64,000 nt of DNA, taken from an uncultured Nitrospiraceae bacterium. GTDB taxonomy: Bacteria; Nitrospirota; Thermodesulfovibrionia; Thermodesulfovibrionales; UBA6898. Position numbers and translations under genes: made by a program. The stretch is taken from the NCBI GenBank assembly GCA_963811165.1, contig CAWEQH010000001.1, positions 1 through 64,000 of the forward strand, written 5' to 3'. Positions 39,008 to 48,006 of the stretch are shown here, piece by piece (the first letter of the stretch is position 1; each line of letters opens with the position of its first letter). The notes under the pieces were generated by a model. It worked only from the letters and a program-made list of their open reading frames with translations. It did no database searches and was not told the origin of the DNA.

Positions 39008-39050
39008 CTTCCTATCTTAAGAGGGGGGAACGAAGGCCGGGGGCGTTACT
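39008..39050. repeat. REP-like palindrome copy A3 (degenerate)
   Basis: TCTTAAGAGGGGGG...GGGGGCGTTACT; last 12 bp are the exact inverse of 35418-35429. Confidence 0.7.
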
Positions 39051-39074
39051 GAGAAAAGGGAAAAAGAATATCCC

Positions 39075-40308
39075 TTACCCAAGATATTTCCGTATTATCT
39101 CCATCGCCCGGTCGACCGCTCCGGAGTTCCTTAGGAACAGCTCTCTTGCCTTTTGGCCTGCTGCTTTCGCCTTGTCAGGTGTAAGCAGCAATTCCTTTAT
39201 CTTTTGCGGAAGGGCTGCTGCTTCGACCTCGAAGGCAGCGCCTTCCCGGTAGAAGTCTTTTATAAAGGGGAAATTCTCCATATGAGGGCCGCAGACAATA
39301 GGTTTCGCCCAAAAAGCCGGTTCAAGGGGGTTCTGGCCCCCCGCCTCTTCAAAGCTTTTTCCGATAATTGCGATATCCGAAGCGCCATACACGGAAGACA
39401 GCTCACCGACCGTGTCAAGAAGCACGACACATGAGGCCGGCTGATTGAGACCGCTGATTTCAGTCCGCTTCACGATAGGGGATCCCGCTTTTTTTAAGAA
39501 TGCCCGCCACTTCCTCGAACCTTCTGGGGTGCCTGGGCGCCAGTATCAATTTCAGCTCAGGAAAAATCTTTCTGTTTTCTGCGAAGGCGGCCAGGATGAG
39601 TTCTTCCTCTCCTTTGTGGGTGCTCCCTGCAACGATGACAGGCCCGCCGACGGCCTTGGCCCATGCGGGTATCTTCTCCGCCACATCGATGTCGAACTTG
39701 AAATTCCCCAGCACGGAGATCTTCGACTCCTCTGCCCCGATCGAGCGTATTCTGTCTGCATCGACCTGCCCTTGCATACCAAATACGCTGACATAAGAAA
39801 AGACCTTTTTCATAAAAAATGATATCTTTTTGTACCCTCTGGCGGACCTCTCCGATATCCTGCCGTTAAGGACCAACACAGGAACTGCGTTTCGGGCCAG
39901 CGCCCTGAAAATATTAGGCCAGAGCTCGGTCTCCATAACCAGGAATGCCCGGGGCTTTGTCCTTTTGAGACAGCGGTCCAGTATATAATTCAGATCAAAG
40001 GGGAGATATACCACAGTTGTCCCTTCGGGCGCCTTTTCGAAAGCGACCTTCTGCCCGGTATCCGTAATCGTCGAAAGTATCAGGGGTAATTGCGGATATT
40101 CCGCCCTTAATTTCTTAAGAAGCCGGATAGAGGCCCCGACCTCCCCCACGGAAACGGCATGGACCCAGATGGAGGAATCACGCTCCGGTACATACCCGAA
40201 CTTTTCCCTCAGCCACTTTCGTCTTAATTCCTTCGGCCTTCCGAGATATTCGGGGACGAATAAAATCAAAACCGTAACTGCGTAAAGCAGACTATACACG
40301 AGGAACAT
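39075..40308 (-). CDS. waaA: Kdo transferase (frameshift in a homopolymer near 39478)
   Basis: 'WVHAVSVGE', 'ETELWP', 'GNFKFD', 'APRHPRR', then in the next frame 'LDTVGEL', 'GGQNPLEP'. Confidence 0.92.
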
Positions 40309-40320
40309 GTCAGACCGTAC

Positions 40321-41460
40321 TTATTTCCATCCTGCCATCCGGATTGCGATATCCGCCACCCTATCGGAGGCATTCTTGCCCGAAAACATTTTTCTGACTG
40401 CGCCGAAGGTCTCGACCATTTTTTCTCTGTACGCACCGTCGGCCGTTATCCTCCTAAGCTCATGTATGATATTTTCCGGGGAGGCATCAGCCTGCAGAAG
40501 CTCTTTGACGACCTCACGTCCGGAGAGAATATTCACAAGGGAAATATGTTTCACTTTCAAGATCATCTTTCCCAGCCAGTAAGTCAAAGGGAAGAGCTTA
40601 TACATCACCACAAAAGGGATACCAAGCAGCACAGCCTGCAACGTTGCGGTCCCGGAAGCGATCACCGCCATGTCGGATGCCGCCAGCACCTTCAATGATT
40701 CCCCCTTATTGATAACGACGCCTTCCCCTCTCAGCTCATCTATCACCTTGCCGTATGCAGCGGAATCCGTGTTGGGCGCCAGGGGGATACAAAACTGAAA
40801 AGACCCAAATTCTTTCTTGGACCTTCTTACCACCTCAAGTGTCAAGGGCAAAAGCCTTTCGAGTTCGTGCGGCCTGCTGCCCGGCAGCAACGCAAGCAGG
40901 GGGCGTTCTCTCTGCAGCCCAAGGGCGTCCTTCAGCTCATCCTTATCGGTCCTCATCCCCTGTATCTCGTCAAAGGCCGGGTGACCTACAAATTCACATT
41001 CGACTCCGGCGTCTTTGTATATCTCCTCTTCGAAGGGAAGTATTACCGCCATCTTATCGACGAGCCGGGCTATTTTTTTTATCCTGTTTCTTCTCCACGC
41101 CCAGACCTGCGGGCTCACATAGTAGAGGACCTTTATTTTTTCTCTTTTTGCCAGCGACGCGAGCTTCAGATTAAAATCGGGATAGTCTATCAGCACAAGC
41201 ACACCCGGACGCTCTTTAATGAGGGTTTGTGAGGCGCTGGCGAGGGTCCTTCGTATCGCCCGCAATGAGGAAACGGCCTCGGCGATCCCAAACGCGCTCG
41301 CAATCCCCGAAACGAGTTCGACCCCCGCCTCCTTCATCTTTTCACCGCCGATACCGAGTATCCTGATCCCCGGGACCCTGTTCCTCAGCGAAACCGCAAG
41401 CAGCGAGCCGTATAACTCGCCGGATGTCTCACCGGTCACAATCATGACAGTCTCAGGCAT
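40321..41460 (-). CDS. lpxB: Lipid-A-disaccharide synthase
   Basis: 'GETSG', 'IDYPDFN', 'SPQVWAWR', 'FVGHP', 'LPGSR', 'SGTATL'. Confidence 0.95.
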   Translation of the reverse strand: MPETVMIVTGETSGELYGSLLAVSLRNRVPGIRILGIGGEKMKEAGVELVSGIASAFGIAEAVSSLRAIRRTLASASQTLIKERPGVLVLIDYPDFNLKLASLAKREKIKVLYYVSPQVWAWRRNRIKKIARLVDKMAVILPFEEEIYKDAGVECEFVGHPAFDEIQGMRTDKDELKDALGLQRERPLLALLPGSRPHELERLLPLTLEVVRRSKKEFGSFQFCIPLAPNTDSAAYGKVIDELRGEGVVINKGESLKVLAASDMAVIASGTATLQAVLLGIPFVVMYKLFPLTYWLGKMILKVKHISLVNILSGREVVKELLQADASPENIIHELRRITADGAYREKMVETFGAVRKMFSGKNASDRVADIAIRMAGWK

Positions 41461-42544
41461 TATTTATGATGTCGGCAATCCTTGCGATCGACGCTTCTTC
41501 CAGTTCCGGATACATGGGAAGGGAGAGGACCTTTTCAGAAGTCTCCTCCGCAACGGGAAAGTCCCCTTTCTTATATCCCAGGAAATTCACCGCCTCCTGC
41601 ATATGCAGCGGGGTAGGGTAATAAACAACTGACGAGATATTGCCTTCGCGAAGACGTTTCTGTATTTCATCTCTCTTGCCGCTTCTGATGGTGTACTGAT
41701 GATACACATGGGTGCAGCCCGGTCTTTCCACCGGACGTTCCACCCTGTCTGAGAGAAGTTCTCCATAAAGAGCGGCCTTCTGTCTCCTTCTCCTATTATA
41801 TTCTTCTATCCGCTTCATCTTGACCAAAAGCACCCCGGCCTGGATCTCATCGAGCCTGCTGTTAAATCCGACCGACTCATGCTTATAAGAGCCTCTTGAT
41901 CCGTGGTTTCGGAGCTTCCGTATATCACCGGCCACAGAGGGATCGTTCAAAAGCACCATACCCCCGTCTCCGAAGGCGCCGAGGTTTTTGGAGGGATAAA
42001 AGCTGAAGCATCCGGCGTCTCCGAGACTGCCGGTCTTCCTTCCGTGTATCGAGGCGCCGAATGACTGGGCGCAGTCTTCGATTATTTTCAACTTGTGCTT
42101 CTTCGCAACCGCAGCGATTTTTTCCATCTCCGCCGGATGTCCGAAGATATGGACGGGAAGGACCGCCTTTGTCCGCTTCGTAATCGCCGGTTCGATTTTT
42201 TCCGGATCGATGTTCATGGTCTCACGCTCGATGTCTACGAACACCGGGGTCGCGCCGGTATAGAGGATCGCCTCGGCCGTCGCAAAAAAAGTAAACGGGG
42301 TAGTGATCACTTCATCGCCTTCCCCAATGCCCAGGGCCTCTATCGAAAGATGGAGCGCGTCCGTTCCCGAAGCCACGCCTACCGCCTCGGTCACTCCGTG
42401 ATAGCGTGCGATCTGTTTCTCAAGTTCGAGGACCTTTGGGCCCAGAATATACTGCGAGCTTTCGAGTATCTCAGTAAGCATCACGAACAGTTCATCCTTT
42501 ATGTCGCTAAACTGCTTTTTAAGGTCTACCATCGGAACGATCAT
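41453..42544 (-). CDS. gnnB: DegT/DnrJ-family aminotransferase, probable GnnB
   Basis: 'SGTDAL', 'EDCAQ', 'SFYPSKNLG..GDGG', 'NSRLD'; directly upstream of lpxB. Confidence 0.75.
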   Translation of the reverse strand: MIVPMVDLKKQFSDIKDELFVMLTEILESSQYILGPKVLELEKQIARYHGVTEAVGVASGTDALHLSIEALGIGEGDEVITTPFTFFATAEAILYTGATPVFVDIERETMNIDPEKIEPAITKRTKAVLPVHIFGHPAEMEKIAAVAKKHKLKIIEDCAQSFGASIHGRKTGSLGDAGCFSFYPSKNLGAFGDGGMVLLNDPSVAGDIRKLRNHGSRGSYKHESVGFNSRLDEIQAGVLLVKMKRIEEYNRRRRQKAALYGELLSDRVERPVERPGCTHVYHQYTIRSGKRDEIQKRLREGNISSVVYYPTPLHMQEAVNFLGYKKGDFPVAEETSEKVLSLPMYPELEEASIARIADIINNA

Positions 42545-43500
42545 GACAATTTATCTCCATTATACGTTTTATTAAAATCCGGTCGCTTTCGATTACTCAC
42601 CATTTCATTTATCTTCAGTATCACCTGTAACGCATCAAGCGCCTCGCGGCCCGACACCTTTGGTCTGCTCCTTGTCTCAACGCAGCGGATGAAGTCCTTC
42701 AGTTCCTCCTTAAGGGGTTCCTTTCCTTCCGGTCTCACGGTATCGACGGACATATCCGGGCCGTTCTTAAAGTAACGCCTGACTTCATGGTTTTGGTAAT
42801 CGACGGAGATGAATGAATCTTTCTGAAATACCATCAGCCTTCTTCGTTTCTCGGGAGAAAGTCTGCTTGCTGTAATCATGGCCTTGCATCCGTTTTCGAA
42901 CTCGAGCCAGACCTTTGCCAGGTCGATCTTCTCCGTAAGGACACTTTCTCCCACCGCCCTGATATCGGTCAATTTTGACCGCACGATGCTCAACACGATA
43001 TCCACATCGTGGATCATGAGATCAAGCGTAACGTCCACGTCGGTCCCTCTTCCCAAAAAAGGTGAGAGACGCTCCGACTCCACAAACCAGGGCTCCCCTA
43101 TCATCCCTGAGGCCGCGATAATGCCGGGGTTATATCTTTCGAGATGTCCCACCTGAAGAATGAGGCTTCTCTTGGCCGCCTCCCGAATAAGGTCCTCACC
43201 CTCACCCAGGCCCTCTGTGATGGGCTTTTCGAGCAGTACGTCCTTGCCCGCCCTAAGACAATCCATGGCTATCGCATAGTGCGTTATTGTCGGGGTCACG
43301 ATACTCACTGCATCGCAGAGGGGAAAAAGGTCCGTATATTTTGAAAAAGACCTGCCCCCATACAAATTCGCGATCTCAGCGGCTTTGCCTTCCCCGGTAT
43401 CGGCAACGGCCGTAAGCTCGGCCCCTTCGAGTTCCGAATATATCCTTGCGTGGTGTCGTCCGAGGTACCCTACCCCGATTACTCCTATGCGTACAGACAT
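42541..43500 (-). CDS. gnnA: Gfo/Idh/MocA oxidoreductase, probable GnnA
   Basis: 'GVGYLG.HHAR', 'EKP', 'GHLERYNP', 'DLMIHD'; ATG at 43500. Confidence 0.75.
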   Translation of the reverse strand: MSVRIGVIGVGYLGRHHARIYSELEGAELTAVADTGEGKAAEIANLYGGRSFSKYTDLFPLCDAVSIVTPTITHYAIAMDCLRAGKDVLLEKPITEGLGEGEDLIREAAKRSLILQVGHLERYNPGIIAASGMIGEPWFVESERLSPFLGRGTDVDVTLDLMIHDVDIVLSIVRSKLTDIRAVGESVLTEKIDLAKVWLEFENGCKAMITASRLSPEKRRRLMVFQKDSFISVDYQNHEVRRYFKNGPDMSVDTVRPEGKEPLKEELKDFIRCVETRSRPKVSGREALDALQVILKINEMVSNRKRPDFNKTYNGDKLS

Positions 43501-44104
43501 TCTTCTCCTATTGTAAAATTGACTGATATTTTGCACTATCGGGCGTTCTTTCAGCAAGAATTTAACGCGTGAAGAGAAAAATTGGCAATCAACAATTTGA
43601 TATTGACAAACGTTTCTGTCTGCTGCTAATTTATTAGCGTGCCTCCCGGGGTTGGGGAATACCGGGGATAAATCACTATAATGGAGCGTGCGACAACGTG
43701 CGTTCATTTGGAGGGGGTTAGTGACAAAGGGAATTGTTAAGCTTCTGGTCCTGATGATTGCTATTGTGCTTTCGCCGTCCTCACGGAGTTTCGCAGCTGA
43801 TAACGACATAGAGAAAGACCTCCAGGAGAAACTCAAACAAAGCAGAGCGCTTCTTGAGAGGGCTGGGGAGAAACTCAAGGCCGGGGATTCCGCTCAAAAA
43901 GAGATGAGTACGCTTGTGGCCCTCTCTGAAAACATCAAGGCGTCTCATCTGCTGCTTAAGGAGAAGTTCAGGATCGGGGAGGAAGACATAAAGACGAGGG
44001 GGGCCAAGGCACTGGAGAGGCACAGGGTCATGGAAGAGGGTTATCAAAAGGCCCTTGCGGAATATCTGACTCTGATGGAAAGCCTACAATCCTCGGCAAG
44101 CACT

Positions 44105-44128
44105 GTAGGGGCGTATGGCAATACGTCC
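44105..44128 (+). repeat. GTAG-type REP-like palindrome inside a coding frame
   Basis: GTAG-GGGCGTAT-ggca-ATACGTCC. Confidence 0.7.
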
Positions 44129-44136
44129 GATCGGGC

Positions 44137-44172
44137 TTCCCCCCCTGATAAGGGGGGAATGAGGGGGGTTAC
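44137..44172. repeat. REP-like palindrome copy A4 inside a coding frame
   Basis: TTCCCCCCCT-gata-AGGGGGGAA followed by GGGGGGTTAC. Confidence 0.65.
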
Positions 44173-45485
44173 CGAAGACCTCAAAACGCTTCTTGATCAA
44201 ATCCTTCCTAAAACCAAAAGACCTATCATCGGCAGCCTCCCATACAGAAACCTCAATTACCCATCGAAAGAGCCCTACGCAGGGCCTTCCATCAGACCCG
44301 CATACAAGGGCGGCAACAAGACCGTAAGCCCCGACGACACAAAAGAGACTGCTGAGGCCCCGATATCCCAAGAGATCGCTACCCTTGCACAGTCCCTCAA
44401 CTGGAAGCCCGGTGCTTATCTATGAATACGTCAAAAAACAATATAGATACGAATGGTACTGGGGGTGCATGAAAGGGGCGGAGGAGACATTAAGGCAGAA
44501 GTCCGGAAACGATTGTGACCAGGCAACCCTGTTTGCGGCCCTTCTTCGCGCATCGGGGTTCCCGACAAGATACGTAAGGGGGACGATTGAGTTCTTTCCT
44601 GATATAAACAGCCATGAAAAGGAACAACCTTAGGCATAGACGACCCGGCAAGGATAGCAGAATATTTTCAGAAGGCCGGTATCCCCTATAAGCCTTCATA
44701 GCAGGGGGAAAGATAACGAACTTCCAGATCGAGCACATCTGGATCGAAAGCCAGATACCCTATGGAAACTACCGTGGGGCGATCATAGACGACAGCGACA
44801 AGACCTGGCTCGGGCTTGATACCAGCATAAAGGTGAAGGGCTATACCCATAAACACCCCGATGGATATCTTCGAGCAATCAGCCATGGGCAATCAGCTCT
44901 TAGTAATCAGGGATGAATATATGGGCACTATTCGAACACAAACACCGCTGGAATATGTAAAGGGCTCCATCGATAATTATCTTGCCCAAAGTCACCCGGG
45001 CATGACCTATAGTGATCTTCTCAGAACAAGGACATCGGTACCGCAAGTACTGGGCCTTCTCCCCAACAGCATGCAGTTTCAGCAGAGGAGGATAACGAAT
45101 GAATACACCGAGATACCGGATGAACTCAAGCACAAAGTAAGATTTACGGCAGTCGATAAAAATAACAACAGAACTCTTCAGCATCACAGTGGATACCATG
45201 AAACTTCCAATCAACAGATATGCGTTAAGCTATGAGCCCGAGACAGTTGAAGACCAAGAGACAATAGATTCCTACGGAGGACTGGACAATACACCGGCGT
45301 ATCTTGTGAGATTGAGGCCGGTTCTCAAAGTAGACGGAGATATGATCAGTGGCAGGCAAGGATGGACTGCCAATGGGAGAGGAGCATTCCCTGAAGATCG
45401 AACTCATATCCCCAAACGGAACAGAAACGATAACTAATACCCATATAACAGGCAATGTAGTTGCCATAGGGATAGTAGCGGGAAA

Positions 45486-45523
45486 AGTAACCCCCTCGCG
45501 CTCCCCCTTACCCCAAGGGGGAG
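45486..45523. repeat. REP-like palindrome copy A5 inside a coding frame
   Basis: AGTAACCCCC..CTCCCCCTT-acccc-AAGGGGGAG. Confidence 0.65.
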
Positions 45524-45773
45524 ACAATACAGGAGCGCCTGCTGAAAATAGGATGCGGAGACGATACTTTATAAAGAGGCGATCAATTACATCGACAGAT
45601 GGACAAGGCGGAGGATGAGCTTGCATCTCTTCTGCATCTGGACGATCACAAGACCAATACCCACGGTGGTAACAGTCGGCGGAGTATAGACGTCACCTAT
45701 CTCCTGGACATGCCGCATGGGTTTCAGTGGAAAGGGGTGTTTATCGATGCAAGTCTAAGGGCGATCAGACACT

Positions 45774-45800
45774 GTAGGGGCGCATGGCGATGCGCCCCCT
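45774..45800 (+). repeat. GTAG-type REP-like palindrome inside a coding region
   Basis: GTA-GGGGCGCAT-ggcg-ATGCGCCCC; shares CACTGTAGGGGCG with the 44105 copy. Confidence 0.75.
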
Positions 45801-47394
45801 GCAAGGTGAACAGGAAAAAGACATTCATGCAGCTTCGGCCTTCAGGGGTCGATCCTTGAAAACAGGATATTCGAGGATGATTTCCGGGTGGATTCCATAT
45901 CGACGGCAAAACTGTTTGAGATAGCCAACTCAAACCAGATACCCGATATTGTACGATAGACAAGTCGAATATTGCGTCAGTTCTTCCAACTCTTCCCTTT
46001 GATACAAACATTAAGGAAGACATATCGAACAGTGTAAACCAAAACCTGAAGGTCCGCATTCCACAGTCAGAAATAACCTATGACGACTGGACGGGAATCG
46101 GCTATATAAAGGAAAATCCTGAAACAGGTGAAGCAGGCTATATGCTCACGGGCATGATAGCAGGGGGAATGACGGCTGTATCGCCCGACAAATGGCTATC
46201 CGGAGATTTAAGGAACACATTGAAGAAACCTTATTCGGCAAACTTGTGATAACTCCTGTAATGGTAAATATAATCTTCCCGTATGATGGGGCAACTCTGG
46301 CTGTTTCGCCAATAGACGTTGAGGGGATTGTGAGCGATCCATTGCAAAGGTGGATGTAAACGGAATCAAGGCGGAAGTGTCTAAAGACTGGGAGGTTTAT
46401 CGCAAGGGGAGTATCTCTAGCAACAGGCGTAAACCAGATAACAGCCATTGCAACGTCGTTGATAGGGAAGAATGATTCACAGACCATCAAGTGTCAATTA
46501 TCAGCCAGCGCAGGTATACACCCATGAATATCTCCATAACGTATCCGGCTGACGGAGCATGCGATCAGCAGACCACGACGATGGTAAGAGGGACCTTTAC
46601 GTCTGATGCAAACGAGATATCGATCAAGATAAATGGAATGGCCGCCGACATATACGGCAACCAGTTTGTGATCAATAACTGTGCCTCTTGTGGATGGAAG
46701 ACAATGTGATTATAGCCAATGGGGTAGACAGCAACGGCGCAGTGGGAAGGGCGGAGGTTGCGGTGAAGGCTGACACAACGAAGCCATATATCACCCTCAG
46801 CGCAAACATCACAAGCGGAATCCCGCCGCTTACAACTTACTTCCAGATATCCACAGCGACACCAAATCCGATAGTGAGTTACCAGATGGATTTCGATGGA
46901 GATGGGGATATCGATTATACTGGGGATACATTTGACAATATAACTTACACATATACGACAGAGGGGATATATTACCCGACTGTTACGGTCACGGATGATC
47001 AGGGGAATACGTATACTGATTCGATTGCGATAACGGTGTTGAATAAAGACGCAGATTGATGCATTCTTAAAGGGAAGTGGGAGGGGATGAAGACAGCTTT
47101 AATGGACCGAGACATAGAAAAATCACTCGCCTATTTTATAGAACCAACCAGAGAAAGATACAGGACAGTACTTACCGGTCTCTCTGCTGAACAAGTCAGT
47201 TCAATTTTTTTAAGAATTATAAACATTCAAACCGATAGCGTAACTGAAAGAACTGCCGAATGTGGCGCCATGAGGGAAGAAACCGATGGGATATACTCAT
47301 ATCCCGTTACCTTCGTTAAGGATGAAGACGGTAAATGGTTGATAATGGGATTCTGAATAATTTTTCGATTTATGGATAGAAAAGGAGAGATCGT

Positions 47395-48006
47395 ATGATT
47401 CGCTTTCTATATGTAATACTCATATTCGGCATGTTTGTCCTGAACTCTGGTTGTTCCGCCGGAATATCCGGCACCGTCGTTGATGCCGAAACCGGAAAAC
47501 CAATCGAGGGGGCTGTTATTCATGCGGACTGGGCAATGAGAAAAGGGGTTCCCGGTCTGCAATATAGTCAAGATTATGCAGTTGCCGAGGCAGTGACTAC
47601 TAAGAATGGAAACTTCAGGGTCTCAGGTGTAATGAATCCATTCGTCAGCCCTCCTACTGTAGTCATTTATAAAAAAGGATATGTTGCATGGAGAAATGAT
47701 TATATATTCCCTGACTATCAGCACAGAACAGGCTTTGAATGGAAAGGCAATAATGTAATTAAACTCGAACCATTTAAGAGATATTCACATTCGCGTCATG
47801 TCCTTTTTTTGGGAGGTGGACTCAGTATGAATGCATCTTTCAAGCTTGCACAAGCTTATGCATGGGAGGATAGCTTGGCTAGCAAGGAAGAAGAGATAGC
47901 GAGAGAAAAAAGAAAGGAAAAAAAACCAGGTGAATATACCGAAAAGGAGTTTTGGCAGGAGGTTGTTGATGAAGTATATTCACAAAAGGAAGCTGATAAA
48001 AAATGA
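47395..48006 (+). CDS. Putative lipoprotein with carboxypeptidase-regulatory-like (prealbumin-fold) domain
   Basis: Lipobox-like 'NSGC', 'GTVVDAETGKPIEGAV', 'IYKKGY'; RBS AGGAG. Confidence 0.7.
   Translation: MIRFLYVILIFGMFVLNSGCSAGISGTVVDAETGKPIEGAVIHADWAMRKGVPGLQYSQDYAVAEAVTTKNGNFRVSGVMNPFVSPPTVVIYKKGYVAWRNDYIFPDYQHRTGFEWKGNNVIKLEPFKRYSHSRHVLFLGGGLSMNASFKLAQAYAWEDSLASKEEEIAREKRKEKKPGEYTEKEFWQEVVDEVYSQKEADKK

Larger units (their letters stand above)
43721..47356 (+). pseudogene. Large secreted transglutaminase-like protein with Ig-like and PKD domains (~1200 aa), many frameshifts
   Basis: Signal peptide; 'YEWYWGCMKGAEETLRQKSGNDCDQATL..ALLRASGFPTRYVRG', 'EHIWIE', 'WLGLDTS'; PKD-like 'YQMDFDGDG...YTYTTEGIYYPTVTVTDDQG'; fragments join across frames. 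Confidence 0.7.

Noticed and set aside
39460..39490. Phase variation or true pseudogenisation of waaA
   Set aside because: The run is only four bases and the gene is normally essential; an assembly indel is more likely.
43501..43878. N-terminal extension of the Gfo/Idh/MocA ORF to 445 aa
   Set aside because: It overlaps the divergent island gene; the Rossmann motif begins right after ATG 43500, which has its own RBS.
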